Below, piece by piece: positions 37,208 through 49,758 of a stretch of 64,000 nt of DNA. Source of the DNA: Octopus sinensis (Eukaryota); contig NC_043001.1 of assembly GCF_006345805.1 (NCBI RefSeq), positions 2,294,001 to 2,358,000 of the forward strand, given 5' to 3'. The stretch's first letter is position 1. Every line of letters starts with the position of its first letter. The notes beneath the pieces are model-generated. The model searched no databases. It had not been told where the DNA came from and saw only the letters and a program-made list of their open reading frames with translations. The translations under genes and the position numbers were made by a program.

Positions 37208-38039
37208 ACATGTACCATTGAAAGTCAGGAGGTATAATGGGTGAATATATGGACTGTTAAGTTATGGGGAAATAAACCAACTCTAGTTGTCAAGCAAGTA
37301 TTGAGGGACAAACACTTATACAAAGACCCGTACATACAAATAATGCATACAATGAGCTTCTTTCAGTTTCCATCTACCAAATTCATCCACAACGCTTTGG
37401 CTAAGGCTATCGTAGAAAACACTAGCTTGAGGAACTGAACCTGGAACCATGTGGTTGAGAAGCAAATTCTTACTACACAGCCATTCCATGGTAGAAAGAT
37501 TCTTAATTGCCTCAATATAGAAGTCTTCTTTCTCCATGCTACCAATGTTTGTCCAAGGTCAGATATAGTTATATACCAGTGTCATCTCAGAGCTTACAGC
37601 CAGAACCCGACCCCCCTAGAACAGATATTACTGCAGCATCTTGTCCATTCCTTTGATAGTTTGACCAATGCACCACCCTGTATTGGCACCTTGACATTCG
37701 AACTTTCAGAATTAATTCTGAAAGTTCAAATGGCAAGGTGTGATCTTGGTGGGATTTGAGTCCAGAATGTTGAGATTGAGGATTAATACCACAACGTATT
37801 TTCTTTTGGATACCCTGGACGAATGGAAGAAGTGGGCTGATTATTTTTCTCAAATTACAAATCTATCCAAGTATCCAACTACTCTGACAGTTCACTGCTT
37901 CTTCTAGAATGTTCGCTGCCAAATTATTATTAGAGTTTTCTTTTCTTATTTTGCAAATGGGGCAGTTAAAGGTCAAGAGAGCATCCCCCTCCCCCTCCCA
38001 TGCTCCCAAGACTGGAATGGGAGACTAGTATAGACACAA

Positions 38040-38385
38040 CGTCAGTTATGACGACAGGGGGCTCCAGGTGATCCAATCAACAGGATGGCCTGCTTGTGAA
38101 ATTATTACACAAGTGGCTGAGTACTCCACAGTTATCTGTATCGTCAATGTAGTTCACAGATATGCAAGTGGCTGAATATTCCACAGTCATGTGTACCTTC
38201 AATGTTGTTCACAGGGAGATTCAGTGTGACACAGAAGGTGTCGAAGCTGGTTTTTGAAATAAGTGGAGTGGAGCAACATAAAATGAAGTGTCTTGCTCAA
38301 GGCTGCAATGTACCACCGGTCATCAAACTCTTGCCTTTTTGATCATGCGGTGAATAGCCTCTAACCACTTAGCCACAGGCCTTCA
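38040..38385 (-). mobile_element. CORE-like SINE
   Basis: Minus strand TGTGGCTAAGTGGTTAG head and CCTTGAGCAAGACACTTCATTTTATGTTGCTCC block; internal duplication of about 53 bp. Confidence 0.65.
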
Positions 38386-39204
38386 GTGGTAGTGGAGGAT
38401 GCGGGGGGGGGGGAGTTATCTGTACAGGGAAGACTTTACCAAAATTCTGGCAATGAAGTGGTGCTACTAAGGTAGTGATGGCTTGGACCAATTCTAGCCA
38501 AAAGTTTAAGTATCTTAGTTTCTGCTGAAATAAATAGCAATAATTATATAATTAATAGTGTATGCTTCTATGTGTTTGTTTGATCTGCCAGAAATAATAG
38601 CAAAATGTCCTTTGAAACTGTGCTATTTTAAAAATAAGGTAAAACATATTGGAAAATGTAGTCACAGGTAAACTTAGTGAGAAGATGTTATGTAATATTC
38701 ATTATGGAAATACTTATTGATCATAGGTGTTGTCAATGAGGAATGGCCTAGGGTTAAAGAACAATACTGAATGATATTACCATGAGTTCAGATGTGGCAA
38801 AGACACAGAATTTTGGAAGGCAGGATTATGGTTGAATAAAGTTGGTGGCCTTACTTTGTGAAAGCACAAGAATGGCAAGTAAAGTTGGTCATAGAAGGAA
38901 TTGAATCGAGGTTGTCCTTCACTGGCCTCAAACATGGAACTTTCAAGTGCTAAAGATAACAATGGAATCTTCCTCAACTGTTTGAAATAAGATGAGGGCA
39001 TGTTAGATATTGTTGTCCTTAATGCTTCTACATGGGATGGTCACAGATGGAATGTCTTTTATTAAAAGTTTGCAAAAACAAGATTCATTTAGGATTACAA
39101 AACACCATTTGAGGGCTGACTTGTTAGAAATAGCAGGTGAATCTACTTCATGTTACATTATTTAAAACAAAGGCACAGGAATGGCTAAATGCAGGTGTTC
39201 TAGG

Positions 39205-39356
39205 CACAGGAATGGATGTGTGGTAAGAAGCTTGTTTCCCAACTACATGGTTCTGGGTTCAGTTCTGCTGTATGGTACAATGTGTATTTTCTACTGTAGT
39301 TTGGGCTGAACAAAGACTTGTATATGGATTGATAGATGGAAATTGTAAGAAGCCCA

Positions 39357-39392
<36 letters not shown>

Positions 39393-39560
39393 CTGTGTTG
39401 GTGTGTTTATATCTCTGTAACTTAATGGTTTGACAAAAAGAGACCAATAGAATAAGTACCAGGCTTTAAAAAGAATAAGTCTGGTTGATTTGTTTAACTA
39501 AGAATTATTTAAGGTGGTGCCCCAGCATGGCCACAGTCTTGTGACTGAAACAAGTAAAAC
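39205..39560 (+). mobile_element. SINE family A
   Basis: Head, body and tail as in other copies. Further copies lie at about 29440-29570, 30235-30370, 36965-37125, 37270-37480, 42400-42600, 44265-44470, 47197-47410, 55460-55800, 57520-57640 and 63000-63120. Confidence 0.8.
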
Positions 39561-40606
39561 ATAGAAGGTAAAAGACAGAAGTGTGAGAAAAACAGAAAAC
39601 TAGGATGTGATGCTTATCGATAAGGGTCTACTTAATCAGAGCCCACTTGGAGGAGAAGTGGGTTGGAGGTCACACAACAAGATTTAATAATATAGATTGT
39701 TAAAAGCAGCAAATATTTCCACAATGTAATTGAGATTTTCATAAATGATTTATGTGTTTGCCATGTTTAATGCAGGATGTAAATAAGAAGCCAATTGCTG
39801 GCCAATCCATCATCAGAATGTGAGCATTTCAGAACCATTGAACTAAGCTTATGAGTGGAAGAAGAAGAAAATTTATGAAAAATTTATAAATGGAACTTCA
39901 ACAGTTAAGAAAGAAATTGATGGCTGCATTCTTGAGTGTGTGTCTATGAGAGAATGAATGAAATTAGTTTCTGTGTAGTGTTTTAATGGCATTTGGTTTT
40001 AACTAGCTTTTAATTTAACTTTCCAGTCTTGACAGCTATAATATATTCTATAGACAGACTTTAGAATAATGCATTATTCCATTATTTTTCCATGAACAAA
40101 ATATCTAATTTTGGAGAATCTACTTTTCATTTTATATTTATTTCTCTCACCATTTTCAATCGATTCTTCGTTTGCATGAATTCTTGTTGTGAGAACTATA
40201 TTGTTAAATATCTTTCTCAACTAATCTATCATTCCAGCTAATTAATGTAAATACAATAATATGCAGTGGACTGGAGCTGATGCTGATCTTTTTGTTGACG
40301 GAAATTCAAATCTATATTGGCTCGTTACGGTATCTAATTTAATGATGTCATCTAATGAATGGGACAGCCTTGTTTTCTTGGTGATGCTGCTGTTTAATAA
40401 ACCCAAGTCAGTTCTGATCAATCAAATCTATGTCAAGGCTTTCCAGTCATGACTATCCCATTTTGTTGTCAGGTAATTCATTCAAGTCTAACTTATTTAA
40501 TCTTAATCCTTCACCTTTTGAAAGAGTAAGGAGCAGTTTAAGAGTAATTTAGCTGCTATTATTAGCACGTCAGGTGACTCCCACTTGATCTCTCCTGTTA
40601 CCAATA

Positions 40607-41299
40607 CACAAGGTGGTCTGAAAGTCTTGTCAGCCCTTACTTAAAAGTAATAAGAACTACAGAGAAACAACATAATGATATCAAACAGATTCACCGGTTT
40701 TAGCATATTCCCTTCCATTGACACTGACATTATCAAGCTTCGAGAAGGTCTGCATGAACGCCACTGTTTTCGTGGCACAAAGTGATGTGGTGCCATGTCT
40801 GGTTTGTTCCACAGCTCCAGAGCTTGGATGGAGATTAGAATGATCGTTGGTTTCAACAAGGTGGTGCCCCACCCCACTATGCCATCAATGCCAGGGAATA
40901 CCTGAATGAAGTTCTTCGGGATAGATGGATGGATGGATGGAGGGGGGGGGGCACAACAGCTTCCAGCACCTCTTGATTGGCCTCCCAGAAGTGCAGACCT
41001 CATGTCTTGCGACAACGCTCTCTGAGGTATTATCAAGGAGAGAGATTCACAAGAACAATACCAGAACACCCAACAGTCAAAGGACGCTTTTTCAGCAGCC
41101 TTTTCAACAATCACCAAAGCACAGCTTCTTGAAACTTCACATAGGACATGGTGCTGCATCTTTTGTGCCACAAAAATGATGGTATTCATACAGACCTTCT
41201 TGATGTGTGACAATGTCAGCATCAATGAAAGTGAATATGCTAAAACCAGTAGAGGTGCTTGGTATCATGATATTGTTCATCTAGTGTTCTTATTACTTT
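40607..41299 (+). mobile_element. Tc1/mariner (DD41D-like) derivative with about 155-bp inverted ends
   Basis: FQQGGA/PPHYAINAREYLNEVLRDRW and DWPPRSADLMSCDNAL*GIIKE; 40644-40799 is an imperfect reverse complement of 41145-41299. Confidence 0.75.
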
Positions 41300-41301
41300 A
41301 C

Positions 41302-41768
41302 ATACATGGAGCCAGCCTACGTATGCATACCTTCCCTTCTTGGGACACAAAACTCTGCTTGTGAAGACCCATTGAGGCAAGTGAGGATCAGAATCGAAAT
41401 TGATCAATGGAAATCGATCAATGGAAATTGCAGATGTGTTACCAGTGCCGGTGGCATGTAAGAGAACTTTCCGTTTCGCGACCGTTGCCAGCACCGCCCC
41501 GTTTCGTGTCCGTTGCCAGCCTCGCCTGGCCCTCGTGCCGGTGGCACATAAAAAGCACCATCCGTTCGTGGCCGTTTGCCAGCTCTGTCTGGCACCAGTG
41601 CGGGTGGCACGTAAAAAGCACCCACTACACTCACGGAGTGGTTGGCGTTAGGAAGGGCATCCAGCCGTAGAAACACTGCCAGATTTGACTGGGCCTGATG
41701 AAGCCTTCTGGCTTCACAGACCCCAGTAGAACCGTCCAACCCATGCTAGCATGGAAAACGGACGCTAA

Positions 41769-41802
<34 letters not shown>

Positions 41803-41805
41803 CAT
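41302..41805 (+). mobile_element. SINE family C, long CpG-rich copy
   Basis: Internal GGTGGCAC(A/G)TAAAAAGCACC repeats, family-C 3' half and (GAT)n tail. Confidence 0.85.
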
Positions 41806-42331
41806 GAGACGTCCGCATGAGATTGTACATGTATATAGTTCTTCCAATTACATTTGGGGTTATATTTCAGAAGTCTTTGTTTTGAAGACTTTTGAAATAT
41901 AACCCCAAATGTAATTAGTAGAATTATATGCATGTTTAATCTCATGCAGACGTCTCATGTACAGTTCTGCAGATTATATTTTGCTATGACAATCACACTA
42001 ATGAACTGCAGACATTTACGTAAGTATTACGTAAGTGGTAACAATGAAATCGGATTTGTGATTAATCTTTATTTTTTGTATCGTTTCATTTGTCTTGCTC
42101 GCTTACGTTCTGCTATATGCTGAATTTTCTTGAGAACAATCTTTTCTTAGTGGTCAGACCACATGAGGTCTACATCTAGCATAATGGATGTCCACTTAGT
42201 GGTCATCCCACTTGTATGTATGTAATATAATTTTTCTGAATCTTCAGATTTTTTTCAATATGCTAGGCCACTGTTTTAAATTGATATTAATCAAATTAAT
42301 ATTCAATTTTCACCCTTATTATTTAAATTTT

Positions 42332-42369
<38 letters not shown>

Positions 42370-43303
42370 CATGTATGTATGTATGTATGTGTATATGTTT
42401 CTGTGTCTGTGTTTGTCCCCCCACCATTGCTTGACTACTGATGGTGGCATGTTTACACCCCCATAACTTAGCAGTTCAGGAAAAGAAACTGATAGAATAA
42501 GTACTAGGCTTACAAAGAATAAGCCCTGGGGTTGATCTGTTCAACTAAAGGCGGTGCTCCAGCATGGCTGCAGACAAATGGCTGAAACAAATAAAAGAAT
42601 AGAAAAATAAACAGAATTCTACCAATGTCCCAGAGTCGACAGATTTTAGACAAACACATTTATACAACGCAGTTTGCATGCTTTAGATTTGTTTTAAATA
42701 TCTGCAGAATGGCAGAACAGCATGAGTTCTTCATTAGAAGAATTTTTACAAGAATCTACACAATGAGATTTTCACATGATACTGTGAACTAGAAAAATAA
42801 ATATTTACCAAAATTCAGCTTGGATAAATCTATGATATACAAATTTAATAATTTAAATGAATTTAAGATGAATATAAGATGCTGAAATTATAGAAGGAGA
42901 GAAAACTACATTAAGCTGGATTAATATCTTTAAGAGAAGCAAACAAATAAAAATTTATTGTTAATGCAAAGCATGATACATAAGAAAAAAAACTGGATTA
43001 ATAAAAATAATAGTTATGCGTCATGACAATTGCATGTTACAAAGAGACACCATTATGGAATCAATGTCTGAATAGCTAAATATCATTTGATCATTAGTTT
43101 AAGATAAAATAGTGTTTTAAGCATTAAAAAAAAATGTTCTGTGAAATAGAAAAAAATAAAACAGAATAAGAACATTGAGTTTAGAAATAGTTGATGTAAG
43201 AAGACTTGAAATTATAATAATACATCTAAGGTGTGAGCAATTTAGAGATTTCTAACTTAAAACACACACACACACATATGTATGTATGTATGTATATATG
43301 TCA

Positions 43304-43588
43304 ACCTTTGAACATCAGGCCTCATGGAGGCAAAATGGCTGAGTACCTTTTGAGTGTTGGGCCTCATGGAGGTGAGGTGGCTGAGTTCCTTTTGAATGGC
43401 CCTCACACAGAGGCAAGGTAGCTGAGTTCTTTTTGAGTGTTGTGCCTCATAGAAACAAAGTGGTTAAGCTCCTGGGCCTCGTAGAGGCAAAGTGGCTGAG
43501 TACCTTTTGAGTGTTGGGCTTGACAGAAGCAAAGTAGCTGAGATCCTTTTGGGTGTTGTGCCTCATGGACGCAAGGTGGCTGAGTTGT
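43304..43588 (+). repeat. Diverged minisatellite of about 42 bp, about 7 units
   Basis: Consensus GGGCCTCATGGAGGCAAAGTGGCTGAGTACCTTTTGAGTGTT. Confidence 0.85.
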
Positions 43589-43604
43589 TTATTTTCCTTT
43601 ATAT

Positions 43605-43931
43605 TCACTCTTCACTTCAGCTTTATTATTGTTCTTATTTTTGTATCCTTTATCTTAAATCTTGCGTCATACATCCTGTGACCTCTTCAGAGACTCTCCA
43701 TCCAACGTGTCTCCTCCTGTTCTATTTAGGCCATTTTCTAGGTACACACACAAATATATGTATGTGTGTGAGTGTGTGTTTGTGTACTCCATTCTCTAGA
43801 GAATGGACAAAACAGAACAGGAGGAGACACGTTAGATGGAGAGTCTCTGAAGAGGTCACAGGTGTGTGATAAAAGATTTAAGACAAAGGACACAGAGATA
43901 AGAACAATGATAAAACTGAAGTGAAGAGTGA
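43605..43931. repeat. Fold-back element, arms of about 135 bp
   Basis: 43605-43741 is an imperfect reverse complement of 43796-43931; the spacer is (CA)/(TG)-rich. Confidence 0.92.
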
Positions 43932-44036
43932 TTAAAAAGTGTGTTTGTTTATTTGGCAAAGAAAAGAATACAGAAATGACCATCTTGAAATATAACGATG
44001 ATATATATATTAATTAATATGTAATATATATTCTTT

Positions 44037-44235
44037 AGCGAAGATGGTGAACTGGCAGAAATATTAGCACACAAGGCAAAATATTTGACAGTATTTTGTC
44101 TGTCTCTAGGTTCTGAGTTCAAATTCCACCAAGGTTGACTTTGCCTTTCGTCCTTTTGCAGTTGATTAAATAAGTACCAGTTATGCACTGTCCTTGTCTG
44201 TCCCCTCTAAGTTTAGGCCCTTGTGGGCAATAAAG
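44037..44235 (+). mobile_element. SINE family B, CpG-depleted
   Basis: GGTGAACTGGCAGAAATATTAGC head; TTGTGGGCAATAAAGAAATA tail. Confidence 0.8.
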
Positions 44236-44474
44236 AAATAAATAAATATTCTGTAGCTTTTCATTCTTTTACCTGTTTCAATCACTTGACTACAGCCATG
44301 CTGGAGCACTGCCATAAAGGTTGTTAATTTAAGAAATCAACCTCAGGGCTTATTCTTTGTAAACCTAGTATTTATTCTATCAGTCTCTTTTTGCTGAAAC
44401 ACTAAGTCACAGGGACGTAAACACACCAGCATCAGTTGTCAAGTGATGGCAGGGTGACAAACAGGCACACATAA

Positions 44475-44720
44475 ATATCATCATCATCATCATCATCATC
44501 ATTATCGTTTAACATCCGTTTTTCATGCTGGCATGGGTTGGACGGTTTGACTGAGGGCTCGCAAGCAGGAGGATGCACCAGGCTCCAGTCTGATCTGGCA
44601 AGGTTTCTACAGCTGGATGCCCTTCCTAATGCCAACCACTTCAAGAGTGTAGTGGGTGCTTTGGAAGTGCCACCAGCATGGGAGCCAATCAGGCGGCACT
44701 GGCAATGACCATGTCTGCAG
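44475..44720 (-). mobile_element. SINE family C
   Basis: (CAT)n followed by GTTTAACATCCGTTTTTCATGCTGGCATGGGTTGGACGG. Similar copies at 51175-51410 (-) and 58290-58500 (+). Confidence 0.85.
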
Positions 44721-46044
44721 CTGTAAGCAAATATGGACAATGTTGCATCACACCCATTGCGTTCTTGACTTGATGAGACATTCAGGACGTGACAGCTGGA
44801 GTGGCAGAGAGAGGGGCAGTGCCAGTACTGAGCTGATACAGATTTTTAAGCTGAATAAAATTGAGCAAGGTGAAGGGCCTTGCTCAAGATGACAATCCAC
44901 CACCTAATCTAGGAATTGAACTTATGATCTGACAGTCATGAAACTACCACGACAGCCACTTTTGTTTAGTGAAGGGCAGATGAAAATGTAGTGTATGAAT
45001 ATAAGAACACCTAGAATATCTGGTGCTGGTAGATTAACTGATTTATAATATAGATGATCTTTGATTTGGAAAAGCGATTGAAATTTTAAAATTTGTAAAG
45101 CTTATTGGAAATTGATTAAGCTTATTGGTAAAGAATTGATAGGAAAATTGAAGAGAATAAGAAATAAATTCTTATGAAATATTGAAGCTTAAAATGTGGA
45201 TTAAATTAAAACTTAAATAAATTGTAATGAATAAGTTATAATATAACAGTTAAATATATTTGTTAAAAAAACAAACAGTGAACAAATCGAAAAATCATTA
45301 AAGGCTAAAAGGTATTAATGAAAGGGTGATTAAATAATTAGTCTTGGCTGGAGAGGTGAAGGGTTAAAGGATATAAATCGACTGGAAATAACTGAGATTT
45401 CTATAGAACCATGAGAAATCAATAACATAGGGTGCAGATATAATAGAGAAATAATACAAAGCGATCTTATAATGAGATAATTGAATAATAATATAATTGT
45501 TTTAAAATAATAAGATAATGATAAAAAAATGATGTGTGGGAGGTGTGGGGGAGAGTGAAAGAAAATCTAAGGATGATAAACAGAAAAATTAGCTGAGAAA
45601 AAAACCTGACAAATTTGCAAAAAACATTTGGTGTCATGTTAAAGAAAGAAAAATGTTTGTGAGTGTTAAGACAAGAAATATGTGTGGATGATAAGCGATA
45701 AACTGCGAAGAATTATAACTGTGAAGAGTTGGCAGCAAAACACAGAGGGAAATTATGGATGATTGATGTGTTGTGTTGATGGTATAGGGGACACAGTGTA
45801 TGGAAGAGTAGGGATAACAAACAGAGGAGGAAGAGGAATGATAGTTCGTTTAGGATGTGGGTTTGTAAAGTAATGATAGTATTGCAATATGTAGGTAGGG
45901 TACATGTTAAAGTATGAACATTTGTATTTAGGAGAGGAGAAAGTGGTGGGTTGGTCATCACCAATATCCCTGATGATGGCCCTTGTGCTTCATGTCACAA
46001 TTGTGGAATTAAATTATAATTAAGAGTTGTTGTCATCATCATAA

Positions 46045-46074
46045 TAATTATGATGAATGATGATGATGATGATG

Positions 46075-46111
<37 letters not shown>

Positions 46112-46151
46112 TAATAATAACAATAATAATAATAATAATAATAATAACAAC

Positions 46152-46197
<46 letters not shown>
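46045..46197. repeat. (GAT)n(AAT)n microsatellite
   Basis: Direct run; source of the poly-N/I/L ORFs. Confidence 0.95.
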
Positions 46198-46198
<1 letters not shown>

Positions 46199-46966
46199 TG
46201 AAGCTAAAGCGCGCAGAGGGAAGTCACTTGGCAAAGATTGACCTTGAACTCTGCTGTACATGTGCACTAAGTTTTAACATTCTAGCTCACTTCTGGTGTT
46301 TACAACAGTGCTTGGAAGGAACATGTGTAGCATGTGATCATCGCATTGACTATGACAGAGAAAGCTGTCATGGCAATACCTGCAAAGTTGCAGAAAGTGT
46401 ATGGAGGTGAGTGTATGATCCACACAGAAGTGTGTGAGTGGTTCAGATGTTTCCAAGATGGCTGAAAAAATGTCAATACTGACAAACGTCCTGGGAGACC
46501 TGCAACCAGCAGGACTGAGGAAAACATTGCAGACATGCCTGCAGCTGTGAGAGGAAATCATTGAATCAGCATCCGTGAGTTATCAAAGGATGTGGAGATT
46601 AGTTACAGTTCAGTCCATTATTTCTGAAGATTTGTGTACGAGACAAGTGTTTGCCAAGTTTGTGCCAAAACTGCTTTCAGCTGACCAGAAAGGTAGTGGA
46701 GTTTCAGTTGCATATGATCTCCTTGACTGTGTCAAGAACGATGAAAACTTTTTGAAAACTTTGCGTAGGCCTCTGAGCAGGTATTGCCAAGCTTTTGACA
46801 AAATTTGATGCAGATTCTCTGTCATGGTCAATGCAATGATCACACGCTACACACGTTCCTTCCAAGTACTGCTGTAAACAGGGGAAGTTAGCTTAATGCA
46901 CATGCACAACAAAGTTTAAGGTCAATCTGTGCCAAACAGCTTTACTCTGCTTGCTTTAGCTTCGTT
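46197..46966 (+). mobile_element. Mariner derivative with about 190-bp inverted ends
   Basis: YGGECMIHTEVCEWFRCFQDG...RPGRP...SIREL...VFAKFVPKLLSADQK (N-terminal half); 46197-46383 is an imperfect reverse complement of 46777-46966. Confidence 0.85.
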
Positions 46967-48077
46967 ACTATGGCAACAGTTTGGAAGCTTGTTAACCAGA
47001 GCACGGATATAACAGGCTTGTTTCACTTTCCATCAAATATGGCTTTAATTGGCCCCATGGCTGAAGGTACAGTGCAGTGGAACTGAACCTCAAACCATGG
47101 GCTTGGGAAGCAACAGTTACAAGATGATCATGCTTTGTTGTTTATACTCTTTGGAATGCAGAGTTAGAATGAGACGAAAATGGAATGTGAATGAAGGGGC
47201 AGGTGTGGTTGTGTGGTAAGAAATTTGCTTTCCAGCTACAAGGTTCTGGGTTCAGTCCCAGTGTGTGGCACTTTGGGCAGGTGTCTTCTTCTATGGCCAC
47301 AAGCTGACTGTGAGCACTGGAATCAATTCAATCGACTAAAACATGCTTTAGGGTGGTGCCCCAGCATGGCCACAGTCTAATGACTAAAGCAAACAAAAGA
47401 TAACAGATAAAAACGCAAGCAAACCTGAGTGAAAATGAAAACAAACACCTTTGCTAATTAATGATCATAGACATCAATAATGAGTTTGTGTTCAAAGATT
47501 TCCAGTCATTAAAAATGCTGAAGGTGAAAACTGATTAGCTGGAAGACCGAACGAAGAATGGGAATTGTTTTAGCAATGGAACCACACATTTGGCAATGCA
47601 TAAACACGATATGGGTCATCATTAGTGATATAAGAATATGGTTGTTTATATATTTAATATGAATTTAGGTTTCTGCGAATGCAGTTCAGGTTCTTTTCTG
47701 AATGACAGGAGAGGAATGGAATCTTGGCAAAAGAAACAGTTTCTCTCTCAGGTGCAAACATTAAAAGGGTTATTATTTCCTTCGTATGTTTTAGCTCTTG
47801 AGATTAGATTTCATGTAAGATGATGTGTGATTGAATTATTCTTTAATCATCAAATTATGAAACCAAATAAGATTGATTTTGCTGGGAATCTTAACTGATT
47901 GTGTATGCAAATAAACTGGTGAGTTAAATGGATATGAGATCATGTTGAAGAAAGTATTGAGTTGTGTGAGGCTGTTGTTGAAAGTATTTGGCAGTTATTT
48001 GGGATTCTGTTTTGTTGGTTAATAGTTTTACCATATTTCTTAAGTTCTCGACTTGGTGCTATAATATGTTAAATAAC

Positions 48078-48490
48078 AATCAGGAGTGGCTGTGTGATAA
48101 GTAGCTTGCTAACCAACCACATGGTTCCAGGTTCAGTCCCGCTGCATGGCATCTTGGGCAAGTGTCTTCTGCTATAGCCCCAGGCCGACCAATGCCTTGT
48201 GAGTGGATTTGGTAGATGGAAACTGAAAGAAGCCTGTCGTATGTATATATATATATATGTGTGTGTGTGTACGTGTGTGTTTGTGTGTCTGTGTTTGTCC
48301 CCCTAGCATTGCTTGACAACCGATGCTAGTGTGTTTACGTCCCCGTCACTTAGCGGTTCAGCAAAAGAGACCGATAGAATAAGTACTGGGTTTACAAAGA
48401 ATAAGTCTCGGGGTCAATTTGCTCGACTAAAGGCGGTGCTCCAGCATGGCCGCAGTCAAATGACTGAAACAAGTAAAAGAGTAAAAGAGT
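48078..48490 (+). mobile_element. SINE family A, full length, young
   Basis: Complete head, body and AAACAAGTAAAAGAGTAAAAGAG tail; abuts the mariner TIR. Confidence 0.9.
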
Positions 48491-48495
48491 AAATA

Positions 48496-49758
48496 TCAAG
48501 TCGTTAAGAATGAAGTGTCCGATTTTCTTCTACCCCAAGTTTGACAGTCGTTAACTCTAAAGTTTTACCCTGACAATTCTTTGTTTTACAACATTGAAGA
48601 GTTACATCATCACTTTTCGAAACGCAATTCATGGTGTTTGATTCTATTGTGAGTTTTCTCTTGTAAATGAATTTTTGTGAACCCATGGATAGATAAAAAA
48701 TTTGTGTTGTTTATGAATATGTGTTCCATCATAGAACCATTGCATCTCAGACAGCTTGAAACATCAATGAGGTGTTTAGTGAAGATGTGGTGAATGAGTG
48801 CACTGTATGTCGATGGTTTGAGAAGTTCTGGTCTGGTGGCTTTACTCTTGACATTCAGCCCAATGGGAGACCTGAGACCAAGGTGGATAATGATGAGCCG
48901 GAAACAGCAGTGGAAACAGATACATCTCAAACTATGTGTGAGATAGCAGTAAGGTTTGATGTTTCGATTCCAACTGTATTGGACTATATGAAACAAATTG
49001 GTACAGTAAAAAAGCAGGAGAAATTGGTACCATATGAACTGAATGAGCATCAAATGACACGTCGTTATGACATAAAAGCCAACCATTTTTGCCTCATATT
49101 GTCACGTGGGATGAAAAATGGATTCTTTTCAACAATAGCAATCATTCTGCACAGTGGTTGGATAGAAACGAAGTGTCCAAATGCAATACAAAAGAGAATA
49201 TTCACCAAGAAAAAGTTAATGGTGTCTGTTTGGTGGTCCAGTGCTGGTGTCATCAACTACAGCTTCGTGAGATATGGTAAGTCAATTACAGCAGATGTAT
49301 ACATCAACCAACTGGATGAAATAATGAGTGAACTTGCAATTAAACAACTGAGATTGGTCAAGAGAGACAGGCCAATTCTCTTGCAAGACAATACTTGACC
49401 ACATGTTCCACAAAGAACGCTACTCAAGTTACAGGAACTGAACTTGGAAGTACTCTGTAATCCACCATATTCACCAGACCTTGCACCAACTGACTATTAT
49501 GGTTTCCAGGCATTAGACAACTTTTTGCAAGGGAAAGACTTCAAATCTGAAGAAGATGCAAAAACAGCCTTTCATGATTTCATCACCTCTTGCTCTCCAG
49601 AATTCTTTGCTGCTGGCATAAATGAACTACTGATAAAATGGCAAAATTGTATCGATAATTTGGGTGCATACTTTGATTAACTACAGTGCTTTTTGTTGGG
49701 ATAAATTGAAATAAATTTTTATAGTTCAAAATCGAACATTTCATTCTAAATGACCTGA
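48496..49758 (+). mobile_element. Full-length mariner element (1263 bp) with TIRs and TA duplication
   Basis: TA|TCAAGTCGTTAAGAATGAAGTGTCCGATTT ... AAATCGAACATTTCATTCTAAATGACCTGA|TA. Confidence 0.9.
48685..49680 (+). pseudogene. Mariner DD34D transposase, inactivated by stops and frameshifts
   Basis: IVTWDEKW, LLQDN, YSPDLAPTDY with 34 residues between the second and third Asp; WQNCIDNLGAYFD*. Split over ORFs 48772, 49089 and 49444. Confidence 0.93.

Noticed and set aside
40240-40452. Exon (plus WTGADADLFVDGNSNLYWLVT or minus SHSLDDIIKL...RSASAP)
   Set aside because: Both strands are open in register, splice signals are weak and no family is recognised.
41694-41725. Additional hammerhead (CTGATGAAGCC-TTCT-GGCTTC); also CTGATGATGGCC at 45970
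   Set aside because: No GAAA after stem II and no stem I partner; the first lies inside a family-C SINE.
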